DNA of 32,000 nucleotides. It comes from Candidatus Saccharimonadota bacterium (GTDB lineage: Bacteria; Pseudomonadota; Gammaproteobacteria; Enterobacterales; Enterobacteriaceae). Positions 1-10,452 of the stretch are shown here, piece by piece. The translations under genes were made by a program, and so were the position numbers. Each line of letters begins with the position of its first letter. Position 1 is the stretch's first letter. The stretch is from positions 482,700-514,699 of the forward strand of contig NZ_CP046226.1 in assembly GCF_012562765.1 (NCBI RefSeq), given 5' to 3'. The notes beneath the pieces were generated by a model. That model saw only the letters and a list, made by a program, of their open reading frames with translations. It had not been told where the DNA came from and did not search any database.

Positions 1-707
1 AATATTTAAAACAAATATTTTTAATAGCAAAAAAAGCCAATTATGTTCCTTTACATGTAGAATTAGAACATCATATGTTTGGAATGATATTAGATCATAA
101 TAATAAACCATTTAAAACTCGTACAGGAGAAAATATAAAATTAAATAGTTTAATAGAAGAATCTATAATAAGATCAAAAAAAATAATCTTACAAAAAAAT
201 CCTATGATAAAAAAAAGTGAATTAGATAATTTATCTTCTATAATAGGTATTGCAGCAATTAAATATTCTGAATTATCTAAAAATAGGATAACTAATTACA
301 TTTTTAACTGGAATGAAATGCTTTCTTTAAATGGAAATACAGCTCCTTACATACAATATGCTTATGTAAGAGCAAAATCAATATTAATAAAATCAAAAAT
401 TAATTTTAATGATTTTTTAAATTATGAAATAAAATTTTCAAATGACTATGAAATTAATTTAGCTATTACTTTTTTAGAATTTGAAGAAATAATTTTAAAA
501 ATTGCAAAAAATGGTACTCCACATATATTATGTAATTGGTTATATAAAATTACTACATTATTTTCTAATTTCTATGAAAATTGTAATATATTAAGTATAA
601 ATAATAATTTAATTAAGATGAGTAGGTTAACAATAGTATTTATTACTACTAAATTTTTAAAAACAGGATTAAATCTTTTAGGTATCAAAACAATTAATAA
701 AATGTAA
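1..707 (+). CDS. argS: Arginyl-tRNA synthetase, C-terminal part (5' end outside window)
   Basis: Frame 3 is open from the window edge to the TAA at 705-707. The translation (..[53 protein letters not shown]) is collinear with the C-terminal anticodon-binding half of E. coli ArgRS (..[44 protein letters not shown]). Confidence 0.93.
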   Translation, partial: [234 protein letters not shown]

Positions 708-766
708 AATAATTTAAATTAAATAATTTACATATTTCTAATTATTATAAAATAATAAATATTATT

Positions 767-1876
767 ATGTATAAAAAAAAAGTAATAATTGCCATTTCTG
801 GTGGTGTTGATTCTTCTGTATCTGCTTGGTTATTAAAAAATCAAAATTATCAAGTAGAAGGATTATTTATGAAAAACTGGGAAGAAGACGACAATAAAAA
901 TTGTAGTATAAAAAAAGATTTACATGATGCAGAAACAATTTGTAATCAATTAAATATTCATTTACATAAAATTAATTTTTCTTTTGAATATTGGGAACAT
1001 GTTTTTAAAAATTTTCTTTATGAATATAAAATAGGTAATACTCCAAATCCTGATATTTTATGTAATAAAATAATAAAGTTTAAGTATTTTATGAATTTTG
1101 CTTTAAAAAACTTAGGTGCAGATTTTATAAGTACAGGACATTATGTTAGATGTAAACAAATTAAACATCAATTTTATTTATTAAAAGGTATAGATAAAAA
1201 TAAAGATCAAAGTTATTTTTTATATACAATTAAAGAAAAACAATTAACAAAAATTTTATTTCCAGTAGGTGATTTAAATAAAATTGAAGTTCGTAAAATA
1301 GCAGAAAAATTAAATTTTATTAATGCAAAAAAAAAAGATTCTACAGGAATATGTTTTATAGGAGAAAAAAATTTTCCTAAATTTTTAAATAAATATTTAT
1401 CTACAAAACCAGGAAATATTATTAATCTTAATGGTAAAATTATTGGAAAACATAAAGGATTAATACATTATACATTAGGACAGCGTAAAAGAATAGGAAT
1501 AGGAGGATTATTAAATAATAATAATCCTGATCCCTGGTATGTTATAAAAAAAGATATGAAAAAAAACATTTTAATTGTTGCTCAAGGAAAAAATAATCCT
1601 TATTTATTTTCTATTGGTTTAATAGCAAAAAATATTAGTTGGATTAATTATCCATTTAAAATACCAAAAACTTGTTATATTAAAACTAGATATAGACAAA
1701 AAGAAATATATTGTACAATAAAATTATTAAATAATAATAAAATTAAAGTTTTTTTTAAAAGTCCAATATCTAGTATTACACCTGGACAATCAGCTGTTTT
1801 CTATTCTGGATCTATTTGTTTAGGTGGTGGTATAATAGAAAAAAAAATTTCATATATGAATAATATAATTAATTAA
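767..1876 (+). CDS. mnmA: tRNA-specific 2-thiouridylase (tRNA 5-methylaminomethyl-2-thiouridine synthesis)
   Basis: 369-aa ORF with the PP-loop SGGVDSSVSAWLL. Also carries EGLFMKNWEEDD, TPNPDILCNK, KDQSYFLY, KKKDSTGICFIGE, HYTLGQRK and TPGQSAVFY, collinear with E. coli MnmA over its full length. Confidence 0.96.
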   Translation: MYKKKVIIAISGGVDSSVSAWLLKNQNYQVEGLFMKNWEEDDNKNCSIKKDLHDAETICNQLNIHLHKINFSFEYWEHVFKNFLYEYKIGNTPNPDILCNKIIKFKYFMNFALKNLGADFISTGHYVRCKQIKHQFYLLKGIDKNKDQSYFLYTIKEKQLTKILFPVGDLNKIEVRKIAEKLNFINAKKKDSTGICFIGEKNFPKFLNKYLSTKPGNIINLNGKIIGKHKGLIHYTLGQRKRIGIGGLLNNNNPDPWYVIKKDMKKNILIVAQGKNNPYLFSIGLIAKNISWINYPFKIPKTCYIKTRYRQKEIYCTIKLLNNNKIKVFFKSPISSITPGQSAVFYSGSICLGGGIIEKKISYMNNIIN

Positions 1877-1894
1877 TTAAAAGGTTTTATATAA

Positions 1895-3271
1895 ATGAAA
1901 TTATTTCATCTTAATGCTTTATCTCCTTTAGATGGTAGATATCATAATGATTTAGTTTTTTTAAAAAATATTTTTAGTGAATATAGCTTAATGAAATTTA
2001 GATTAGAAATTGAAATTTCTTGGTTAAAATTTTTATCTAAAAATACTAAGATTAATGAAATATCTAAATTTTCTATAGAAGAAACAAAATTTTTAAATGA
2101 AATTATTAGTAATTTTAATGAATTTGATGCTCTTAAAATAAAAAAAATAGAATATGATATAAATCATGATGTTAAAGCAATAGAATATTTTTTAAAAAAT
2201 AAAATAAAAAAACATCATTCATTAAAAAAAATATCAGAATTTGTTCATTTTGCATGTACATCAGAAGATATTAATAATTTATCATATGCAATAATGTTAA
2301 ATATATCAAAAAATAATCTTTTATCCATATGGATAAATGTTATGTCTACTATAAAAAAATTATCATTAAAATATAATAATATTGCTATGTTATCTCATAC
2401 ACATGGACAACCAGCTACTCCATCTACTATTGGTAAAGAAATGATTAATTATGTATATCGTATGAAATTACAAATTAATAAATTTAAAAAAATAAATATT
2501 TTAGGTAAAATTAACGGAGCTGTAGGTAATTATAATGCTCATAAAATAGCATATCCTAATATTGATTGGCATAAATTAAGTAAAACTTTTGTTGAATCAT
2601 TAGAAATTACTTGGAATCCTTATACTACTCAAATAGAACCTCATGATTACATTGCTGAAATATTTCATTGTATAATACGTTTTAATAATATTCTTATTGA
2701 TTTTAATAGAGATATCTGGGGTTATATATCATTAAAATATTTTAATCAAAAATTTTATAAAAAACATATTGGTTCATCAACAATGCCTCATAAAATAAAT
2801 CCTATTTTATTTGAAAAATCAGAAGGAAATTTAGGAATGTCTAATGCAATTATGCAACATATGGCAAATAAATTACCTATTTCTAGATGGCAAAGAGATT
2901 TAACGGATTCTACTGTTATGAGAAATATTGGAGTAGCTATAGGTTATTCAATAGTATCATATACTAGTACAATAAAAGGTATTAAACAGTTAAAAATAAA
3001 TAAAAATTTTCTAAAACAAGAATTAGAAGAAAATTGGCAAGTAATTGGTGAAGCAATACAAACTATTATGAAAAAATATAATATTAAAAATGCATATGAA
3101 AAAATAAAAGAGTTAACTCGAGGAAAAAATATTTCATCACAAAACATACATGATTTTATTAATAAGTTAAATATACCTAATAAAGAAAAATTATTTTTAA
3201 AAAATATTACTCCTAATAATTATATTGGTTATGCTATAGAATTAACAAATAATTTTAATAAATATGTTTAA
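1895..3271 (+). CDS. purB: Adenylosuccinate lyase
   Basis: 458-aa ORF. The N-terminus LNALSPLDGRYHN..FSEYSLMKFRLEIEISWL matches E. coli PurB (LTAVSPVDGRYGD..FSEYGLLKFRVQVEVRWL). The signature GSSTMPHKINP is present. An AAAGG ribosome-binding site lies upstream of the ATG. It sits 18 bp after mnmA, the position where E. coli has hflD. Confidence 0.96.
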   Translation: MKLFHLNALSPLDGRYHNDLVFLKNIFSEYSLMKFRLEIEISWLKFLSKNTKINEISKFSIEETKFLNEIISNFNEFDALKIKKIEYDINHDVKAIEYFLKNKIKKHHSLKKISEFVHFACTSEDINNLSYAIMLNISKNNLLSIWINVMSTIKKLSLKYNNIAMLSHTHGQPATPSTIGKEMINYVYRMKLQINKFKKINILGKINGAVGNYNAHKIAYPNIDWHKLSKTFVESLEITWNPYTTQIEPHDYIAEIFHCIIRFNNILIDFNRDIWGYISLKYFNQKFYKKHIGSSTMPHKINPILFEKSEGNLGMSNAIMQHMANKLPISRWQRDLTDSTVMRNIGVAIGYSIVSYTSTIKGIKQLKINKNFLKQELEENWQVIGEAIQTIMKKYNIKNAYEKIKELTRGKNISSQNIHDFINKLNIPNKEKLFLKNITPNNYIGYAIELTNNFNKYV

Positions 3272-3295
3272 TTAAATAATTTATTTAATCATATT

Positions 3296-4411
3296 ATGAG
3301 TTTATTTATGAGAAAAAATATTAAAGAAGTATTAGTTACTCTTAATAATATTAGTAAATCTTTTCTTGGTAAAAAAATTATTTCTAATTTTTGCTTAACA
3401 ATATATAATGGTGAATTTATTACTTTATTAGGACCATCAGGTTGTGGTAAAACAACAATTTTAAGACTAATATCAGGATTAGAAAAAGTAGATAGTGGTT
3501 CTATCATATTAGATCATAAGATAATTACTCATATTCCAGCAGAACATAGACAAACTAATACTGTTTTTCAAAGTTATGCTTTATTTCCTCATATGTCTGT
3601 ATTTGATAATATTGCTTTTGGACTCAAAATGCAAAAAAAACCATATGAAGAAATATTATCTAGTGTAAAAAATATTTTAAATTTAGTTCAATTACAAAAT
3701 TTTTCCAATAGAAAACCTCATGAACTATCTGGAGGGCAACAACAAAGAGTAGCTATAGCTAGAGCTATTGTTAATAAACCTAAAATTTTACTTCTAGATG
3801 AATCTTTATCAGCTTTAGATTATAGATTAAGAAAAAAAATGCAAAATGAATTAAAATTATTACAAAAAAAATTAGGAATTACTTTTATATTTGTTACTCA
3901 TAACCAAGAAGAAGCATTAACGATATCAGATCGTATAATTGTATTACGTAATGGTAAAATAGAACAAGATGGTACTCCTAAAGAAATATATGAAGAACCA
4001 AAAAATTTATTTGTTGCTAAATTTATAGGAGATATAAATATATTTAATGCTGTTATTATAAGAAAATTAAATAAGACACAAGTAAGAGCTAATTTAGAAG
4101 GATATTTATGTAATATAACAGTTCCATTTCCTGTTATTCCGGGAGAAAAAATACATGTCTTATTAAGACCAGAAGATTTAAGAATTAAAGAAATAAATAA
4201 TAATAAATATATTAATGGTTTAATTGGATATGTTAAGGATAAAAGTTATAAAGGAATGACATTAGAATCCACTTTAGAACTTGAAAATGGAAAAATAATT
4301 ACTGTAAGTGAATTTTTTAATGAAGATGATCCAGATTTCGATCATTCTATTAATCAAAAGATGATTATTAATTGGGTTGAGACATGGGAGGTAGTATTAC
4401 CTTATGAATAA
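3296..4411 (+). CDS. potA: Spermidine/putrescine ABC importer, ATP-binding subunit
   Basis: Very close full-length match to E. coli PotA. Walker A is GPSGCGKTT, the signature is [14 protein letters not shown] and Walker B is [12 protein letters not shown]. The C-terminal regulatory region is conserved ([48 protein letters not shown]). The start could be ATG 3296 or ATG 3308. Confidence 0.96.
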   Translation: MSLFMRKNIKEVLVTLNNISKSFLGKKIISNFCLTIYNGEFITLLGPSGCGKTTILRLISGLEKVDSGSIILDHKIITHIPAEHRQTNTVFQSYALFPHMSVFDNIAFGLKMQKKPYEEILSSVKNILNLVQLQNFSNRKPHELSGGQQQRVAIARAIVNKPKILLLDESLSALDYRLRKKMQNELKLLQKKLGITFIFVTHNQEEALTISDRIIVLRNGKIEQDGTPKEIYEEPKNLFVAKFIGDINIFNAVIIRKLNKTQVRANLEGYLCNITVPFPVIPGEKIHVLLRPEDLRIKEINNNKYINGLIGYVKDKSYKGMTLESTLELENGKIITVSEFFNEDDPDFDHSINQKMIINWVETWEVVLPYE

Positions 4412-5264
4412 AATAACTAAATATTATAGAAAACTAATAACTTTAATAGTTATTAGTTGGTTATTATTATTTATTTTTCTTCCAAATTTAATAATAATTA
4501 TTATTAGTTTTTTAACAAAAGATGATATGAATTTTATTAAATTTAATTTAACTCTACATAGTTATAAACTGATAATAGATATATTTTATTTAAAAATATT
4601 TATATATTCTTTATATATATCGTTAATAACAACATTAATTTGTCTTGTTATTGGATTTATATTTTCATGGTGTCTTATTAAAATATCTCATCGTTACAGA
4701 TCTTTAATGTTATTTTTTTTATTTTTACCTTTTTGGGTTAATTCACTAATTAGGATATTTTGTTTAAAAAGTTTTTTTAGTATAAATGGTTATTTTAATA
4801 ATATTCTAATTTATTTAAAATTAATTAATCATCCTATACATATTATATATACATCTCTTGCTGTTATTTTAGGATTAGTATATATTTTATTACCTTTCAT
4901 GATTATACCAATATATTCTAGTTTAGAAAAATTAGATATGTTTTGTATAGAGGCAGCTAAAGATTTAGGAGCAAAATCATGGAAAATTTTTATGCATATA
5001 ATATTACCATTAACATTTCCAGGAATTATTTCAGGATGTTTATTAGTATTTTTACCAGCTATGGGAATGTTTTATATTTCAGATTTAATGGGTGGATCTA
5101 AAAATTTATTAATAGGTAATATTATAAAAAATCAATTTCTTAATATAAGAGATTGGCCATTAGGTGCTACTTTAAGTAATATAGTAATATTAATTACAGG
5201 AATATTTTTAATATTATATTATAAATTAATAAAAATTTTTAATAAAAAGGAATTTTTAAAATAA
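4404..5264 (+). CDS. potB: Spermidine/putrescine ABC importer, permease subunit
   Basis: 286-aa polytopic membrane protein with the binding-protein-dependent transporter EAA loop ([26 protein letters not shown]). It overlaps the potA stop by 8 nt, and GGGAGG lies upstream, suggesting translational coupling. Its operon position matches E. coli potB. Confidence 0.9.
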   Translation: MNKITKYYRKLITLIVISWLLLFIFLPNLIIIIISFLTKDDMNFIKFNLTLHSYKLIIDIFYLKIFIYSLYISLITTLICLVIGFIFSWCLIKISHRYRSLMLFFLFLPFWVNSLIRIFCLKSFFSINGYFNNILIYLKLINHPIHIIYTSLAVILGLVYILLPFMIIPIYSSLEKLDMFCIEAAKDLGAKSWKIFMHIILPLTFPGIISGCLLVFLPAMGMFYISDLMGGSKNLLIGNIIKNQFLNIRDWPLGATLSNIVILITGIFLILYYKLIKIFNKKEFLK

Positions 5265-6079
5265 TGTTGAAATATTTATTACGTAATATTTTTATGATAA
5301 TAGTATATAGTTGGTTTTATATTCCTATAGTTATACTTATAATAAATTCTTTTAATTCTTCTAGTTTTGGAAGTCAATGGCAAGGATTTTCTATTAAATG
5401 GTATTATTCGATTATAAATAATCATGTTTTATTAGAAGCAACATATCATTCATTAATAATTGCTATAATTACTGCAACATGTACAACAATAATGGGTTTT
5501 TTAACTGCTATTACTTTATATTATTGTAATTTATTTATTAAATCATTTATTAATATTTTACTATTTATAGTTATTGTATCTCCTGATATTATTATGGCAA
5601 TTTCTTTATTATTATTATTTATATTATTTAATTTTACATTAGGTTTTTGGACATTATTAATTTCTCATATTACTTTTTGTCTTCCATATGTTGTTATTAC
5701 AGTACATTCTAGATTAAAAAATTTTGATAGTCGTATTTTAGATGCTGCTAAAGATTTAGGAGCTAGTGATATTATTATCATTACAAAAATTATATTACCA
5801 TTAATACTACCTACAATATTATCTAGCTGGTTATTAAGTTTTGCTTTATCTATTGATGATATAACAATCTCAACATTTGTAACTGGACCACAATATGAAA
5901 TATTACCATTGAAAATTTATTCTATGGCTAAAATAGGTATTTCTCCTGAAATTAATGCTTTAGCTACTATCTTAATAGTAATGTCTTTACTATTAGTTTT
6001 ATTTAGTCGTATTATTATAAATAATTTTTATAAAAATTATTTTCAAATTAATTATGCTAAAAAACATTCTAATAAATAA
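5264..6079 (+). CDS. potC: Spermidine/putrescine ABC importer, permease subunit
   Basis: 271-aa polytopic membrane protein with the EAA loop (LDAAKDLGASDIIIITKIILPLILP). It starts in a TAATG overlap with the potB stop. Its operon position matches E. coli potC. Confidence 0.9.
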   Translation: MLKYLLRNIFMIIVYSWFYIPIVILIINSFNSSSFGSQWQGFSIKWYYSIINNHVLLEATYHSLIIAIITATCTTIMGFLTAITLYYCNLFIKSFINILLFIVIVSPDIIMAISLLLLFILFNFTLGFWTLLISHITFCLPYVVITVHSRLKNFDSRILDAAKDLGASDIIIITKIILPLILPTILSSWLLSFALSIDDITISTFVTGPQYEILPLKIYSMAKIGISPEINALATILIVMSLLLVLFSRIIINNFYKNYFQINYAKKHSNK

Positions 6080-6170
6080 TTTATTATTAAATTTTTTATT
6101 TAAATATTTAAAATTAATTTATTAATTTAAATTAATTTCTGATTCAATAATTATTTATATTTATAAAAAA

Positions 6171-6986
6171 TTAATTTTGACATACAGAACAAAAAAAAGT
6201 ACTTCTATTTCTCTGAACTATTTTAATAATTTTTGTTTTACATATTTTACATAATTTGTTATTTCTTCCATATACAAATATAAATTTATTAAAACATCCT
6301 TTTTGATTATAAGGATTTGTATAATTAGATATTGAAGTTCCTCCATTTTTTATGGATTTATCTAATATATATTTAATATTTTTAATTAAAATATTTATTT
6401 CTATAAAAGTTAAAGTACTAGCTTTTCTATAAGGTAATATTTTTGATAGGAATAATGATTCATTAGAATATATATTTCCAATACCTACAACTATTTCATT
6501 CATCATTAATAATACTTTTATAGGTATTTTTTTTTTCTGAGTAATTTTATATAAATATATACTATTAAATTTATTTGTAAGAGGTTCAACTCCTAATTTT
6601 TTTATAAAGTTATTTTCTTTATAATTTTTATGACTCCATATCCAAAATCCAAATCTTCTAATATCTGAATAACGTAATATAATATTATTATTAATTATTA
6701 AGTCTATATGATCATTTTTAAAAATTTTTATATTTTGTTTATCAATGATTAATAAGTTTCCAGTCATTCCTAGATGAATAATAATTGAATGATTTTGTAA
6801 TAAAAAAATTATATATCGTCCACGACGTTTTATATCTATTATTTTTTGATTACTAATATTAATTATTTCTTTTGGTATTAAATATTTTAATTTTATATTT
6901 CTTACTATAGAATAATTAATAATATAACCTTTTAAATAGGGTAAAATTATATTTTTAATAACTTCTATTTCTGGTAATTCAGGCAT
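6171..6986 (-). CDS. mutM: Formamidopyrimidine-DNA glycosylase (8-oxoguanine glycosylase/AP lyase)
   Basis: 271-aa ORF. The catalytic N-terminus MPELPEIE is present. Also carries IIHLGMTG, LRYSDIRRFG, LGVEPL and VVGIGNIYSNESLF. The C-terminal four-Cys zinc finger is intact (CKICKTKI..STFFCSVCQ). Collinear with E. coli Fpg. Confidence 0.94.
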   Translation of the reverse strand: MPELPEIEVIKNIILPYLKGYIINYSIVRNIKLKYLIPKEIINISNQKIIDIKRRGRYIIFLLQNHSIIIHLGMTGNLLIIDKQNIKIFKNDHIDLIINNNIILRYSDIRRFGFWIWSHKNYKENNFIKKLGVEPLTNKFNSIYLYKITQKKKIPIKVLLMMNEIVVGIGNIYSNESLFLSKILPYRKASTLTFIEINILIKNIKYILDKSIKNGGTSISNYTNPYNQKGCFNKFIFVYGRNNKLCKICKTKIIKIVQRNRSTFFCSVCQN

Positions 6987-7001
6987 TTAAAATAAACAAA
7001 T

Positions 7002-8369
7002 TTATTTACCAATACAAAATTTAGAAAAAATACTTTCTAATAAATCTTTAGATGTAAATTTTCCAGTTATATTATCAAGTTCCATTTGAGCTAATCTTAA
7101 ATTTTCTGATAATAATTCAATTGGAGAATTAATAGATGAAAATATTAACTGTCCTTCTTTAAGATATTTAAATACTGATTTTAATATATCAATATGTCTT
7201 TCTCTTGCAGTAAAAATATCTTCAGTATTATGAGTATAAGTAATATTTTTTTTTATGTAATCCATTAATATAGGAATACCTTTTTTAGTTTTAACTGATA
7301 ATTTAATAGTAATAAATTTATTCTTTGTTATAATCTCAGGATTATTACATGTTAAATCTATTTTATTTCTAATAATAATTATTGGTATTTTTTTATTAAA
7401 ATGAATTAAGTAATTATTTATAATTTTTGATAAATTATTATTATTGATATTATCATTTACTATTAAAAATAAATAATTTGTTTTTTTAATTTCATTAATA
7501 GTTTTTTTTATTCCAATATTTTCAATTTTATTATTAGTTTTTCTAATTCCTGCTGTATCAATAATTTGTATTGGAACAGAATTTATATAAATTTTTTCAT
7601 ATAAAATATCTCTAGTAGTACCAGGAATATCAGTAATAATAGATACATCTCTTTCAGAGAGTAAATTCATTAAACTAGATTTTCCAGAATTAGGTGGACC
7701 TATTAAAATAATTTTTATTCCTTCTCTAATATTTATTCCATTATGAACATATTTTATTATGTTTGATAAATTATTTAATAATTTTTCTAATTTAATTAAA
7801 ATATCTTTTTTAAAAAGAATTATTTTATTTTCTTCAAATTCTACAAAAGATTCAATATCAGTTCTAAGATTAATAATAGTTATTTGAAGTTTATTTAATA
7901 AATATGAAAATTTTCCATTAAGTAAATTCATAGCAGAGAAAACAGCTGCTTTAGAATTAGCTGAAATTAAATCACTAATTGCTTCTGCTTGAGTTAAATC
8001 TATTTTTTTATTTAAAAAAGCTCTTTCTGTAAATTCTCCAGGTTTTGCAATTCTAATTCCAGGAATAGTTATAATATAGTTAATTAATAAATCTAATATT
8101 ATAGGACCACCATGACATTGTAATTCAACAATATCTTCTCCTGTAAAAGAATTAGGTTTTGGAAACCATAATGCTATTCCTTTATCTATTATATTTTTTT
8201 TATAAAAAAAAGGTAAATAATATGCATATCTAGGTTTCATATGAGATATATGTAATATATTTTTTATTACACTTCTAGAATTTTTTCCTGATATTCTTAT
8301 AATTCCTATACTACCAATTCCTAAAGGTGTTGCTCTTGCAACTATTGTTGTTATATTGTATGTTACCAT
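7002..8369 (-). CDS. mnmE: tRNA modification GTPase
   Basis: 455-aa ORF. G1 is GPPNSGKSSL, followed by DIPGTTRD and DTAGIR, with the C-terminal CIGK motif typical of MnmE/TrmE. Its position downstream of yidC matches E. coli. Confidence 0.95.
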   Translation of the reverse strand: MVTYNITTIVARATPLGIGSIGIIRISGKNSRSVIKNILHISHMKPRYAYYLPFFYKKNIIDKGIALWFPKPNSFTGEDIVELQCHGGPIILDLLINYIITIPGIRIAKPGEFTERAFLNKKIDLTQAEAISDLISANSKAAVFSAMNLLNGKFSYLLNKLQITIINLRTDIESFVEFEENKIILFKKDILIKLEKLLNNLSNIIKYVHNGINIREGIKIILIGPPNSGKSSLMNLLSERDVSIITDIPGTTRDILYEKIYINSVPIQIIDTAGIRKTNNKIENIGIKKTINEIKKTNYLFLIVNDNINNNNLSKIINNYLIHFNKKIPIIIIRNKIDLTCNNPEIITKNKFITIKLSVKTKKGIPILMDYIKKNITYTHNTEDIFTARERHIDILKSVFKYLKEGQLIFSSINSPIELLSENLRLAQMELDNITGKFTSKDLLESIFSKFCIGK

Positions 8370-8379
8370 TTTAATATTT

Positions 8380-9966
8380 TTATTTATATTTAGAATAAAT
8401 AATTTTTTGTTGGATTATTGTTAATATATTACTTATTATATAGTATAATACTAATCCTGCAGGAAACCATAGAAAAAATAAACTGAAAAAAATTGGCATT
8501 ATATTCATAATATTTTTTTGTACAGGATCATCATATGTATTTTTTGAAGTTTTTTGAATAAAATACATAGTAATACTCATTATTATTGGTAATACATAAT
8601 AAGGATCTTGTGCTGATAAATCCTTAATCCAGAAAATAAATGGAGCATGACGTAATTCTACAGAATTAATTAACATATAATATAATGCTAAAAATATTGG
8701 CATTTGTATTATAAAAGGTAAACATCCTCCTAAAGGATTTAATTTTTCTTTTTTATATAATTTTATTATTTCTTGATTTAAACGATTTTTATCATATGAA
8801 TATTGTTTTTTTATTTCTTTTATTTTTGGTTGTAAAATACGCATTTTTGCAATAGCAATATATTGTATTCTAGATAAAGGATACATCATAATCCTTAGTA
8901 TTAAGGTAATAATAATAATAGCTATTCCCCAATTACCTATTAAATTGTATAATAAATTAAGCAATTTAAATAATGGTTTTGATAAAAACCATAACATTCC
9001 ATAATCAACAGTAAAATCTAAAAAAGGAGCAACTTTTGCCATTTGTTCTTGAATTTTAGGACCAATCCAAAGAGTTGATGATAAAATTTTTTTATGTTTA
9101 GGTAAAATGATATCTGTAGATGATTTAAAATTAACACTTACAGTATTATCATCAATTTTTTTTGTATATATTATATTATTTTTATTTTTAGGTAAAATCC
9201 AAGCAGATAAAAAATATTGCTGTAAAATAGCAATCCATCCTTGATTAGCAGTCATACTAATATTTTTATTTATTAATATATCATTAAATGTATGTTTTTT
9301 ATATTTATATTTTTCAGTTGAATAAGCTATTCCACGAAATGATTTAATAGATAAACTATTATTTTTTGTATCTAAATATTTTTGAGGTATATTGACAGAT
9401 TGTTTGATTTCACCAAATATTCCTATTTCTATAGGTTTATTACTTTTATTAAAAAATTGATGTTCTATATCAATGGAAAAATTATTTCTTTTAAAAATAA
9501 AAATTTTTATATATAAAATATTATTTTTTAAAAAAAATAATGGAACTTTTAATATATTTTTATTTTCTTTAAGCTGAAAAAAATTTTTATCTGTAAAAAA
9601 AATAGGATGATTAAAATAATTTTTAATTTTTTTATGATTTATTTGAAAAATACTACTATTTATTTGATAAGTATAATCTAAGTTATTATTTAATAAAGTA
9701 AATGATTTTTTAGAATTTAATTTTTCTGAATAATTTATTAATTGAGCTTTACTAATATTTCCTCCATTAGTATTAATAAATAATAAAAACTTATCTGTTT
9801 TTACTATAATATCTTTATTTTTAGATAAATTAATTTGTTTAAAATTATTTTTATTTTTTACATTTTTATTATTATTAATATAGTTATTTAATTTTTGCCA
9901 ATTATTAAAAATAAAAAAACTAATTAAAATAAAAATAATTATAATTATATTACGTTTTGAATCCAT
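8380..9966 (-). CDS. yidC: Membrane protein insertase
   Basis: 528-aa ORF with an N-terminal TM segment, a large periplasmic domain and a conserved C-terminal core (GWGIAIIIITLILRIMMYPL, KMRILQPKIKEIK, NPLGGCLPFIIQMPIFLALYYML, FWIKDLSAQDPYYVLPI, FPAGLVLYYIISN). It lies in the conserved rpmH-rnpA-yidC-mnmE order. Confidence 0.95.
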   Translation of the reverse strand: MDSKRNIIIIIFILISFFIFNNWQKLNNYINNNKNVKNKNNFKQINLSKNKDIIVKTDKFLLFINTNGGNISKAQLINYSEKLNSKKSFTLLNNNLDYTYQINSSIFQINHKKIKNYFNHPIFFTDKNFFQLKENKNILKVPLFFLKNNILYIKIFIFKRNNFSIDIEHQFFNKSNKPIEIGIFGEIKQSVNIPQKYLDTKNNSLSIKSFRGIAYSTEKYKYKKHTFNDILINKNISMTANQGWIAILQQYFLSAWILPKNKNNIIYTKKIDDNTVSVNFKSSTDIILPKHKKILSSTLWIGPKIQEQMAKVAPFLDFTVDYGMLWFLSKPLFKLLNLLYNLIGNWGIAIIIITLILRIMMYPLSRIQYIAIAKMRILQPKIKEIKKQYSYDKNRLNQEIIKLYKKEKLNPLGGCLPFIIQMPIFLALYYMLINSVELRHAPFIFWIKDLSAQDPYYVLPIIMSITMYFIQKTSKNTYDDPVQKNIMNIMPIFFSLFFLWFPAGLVLYYIISNILTIIQQKIIYSKYK

Positions 9967-10100
9967 TATTTAATTTTCTCTATTATTTGTAAATATAATA
10001 ATTATTTAATTTAATTTTAATATAAATTTATATACTTATAATCATGAATTTATTATTTAAAATTAAATAATATTTATCAAAATATATATACATTTATATA

Positions 10101-10439
10101 TTAATATAAATTCCATAATTTTTTTAAATATTTTTTTATATTAATATAATTAATGTTTATTATATTTTTTTTTATTAATATAACAATAAAATCTCTAACA
10201 GGTAACTTATATTGATTTAAACGAAAACATTCACGAATAATTCTTTTAATTTTATTTCTAATATATGCTTTATATATATTTTTTTTAGGTATAATAATTC
10301 CTAATCTTGAGTATTGTAATATATTTTTTTTACTTAAAATAGTATAATATTCATTACTTTTTCTATATGGATTATTAAAAATAGAATTAAAATTACTAGA
10401 TAATAAACGTTTTTTTTTACAAAAATTTAAATGAATCAT
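10101..10439 (-). CDS. rnpA: Ribonuclease P protein component
   Basis: 112-aa basic protein. The stretches RLGIIIPKKNIYKAYIRNKIKRIIRECFRLNQ and DFIVILIKK align with E. coli RnpA ([40 protein letters not shown]). It lies immediately downstream of rpmH. Confidence 0.9.
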   Translation of the reverse strand: MIHLNFCKKKRLLSSNFNSIFNNPYRKSNEYYTILSKKNILQYSRLGIIIPKKNIYKAYIRNKIKRIIRECFRLNQYKLPVRDFIVILIKKNIININYINIKKYLKKLWNLY

Positions 10440-10452
10440 TTAAATTTATAAT

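Noticed and set aside
2944-3147. 67-aa ORF antisense to purB
   Set aside because: It lies entirely inside the strongly supported purB CDS on the opposite strand. Its composition is low-complexity and Phe/Ile/Cys-rich, with no recognisable motif. This is the expected by-product of A/T-rich codons read in reverse.
3289-3507. 72-aa ORF antisense to the 5' end of potA
   Set aside because: It overlaps the highly conserved Walker A region of potA on the other strand. It has no ribosome-binding site and no recognisable similarity, so it is a spurious antisense ORF.
9967-10100. Possible yidD or small RNA in the rnpA-yidC spacer, and tRNA or ncRNA genes in the other spacers longer than 100 bp (14427-14555, 16918-17033, 17571-17852, 25657-25830, 27619-27940, 28773-28926, 30823-30932)
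   Set aside because: The spacer is too short for yidD and has no open frame. None of these spacers contains the G/C-rich stems or the GTTCGAAT-like T-loop expected of tRNAs or structured RNAs.
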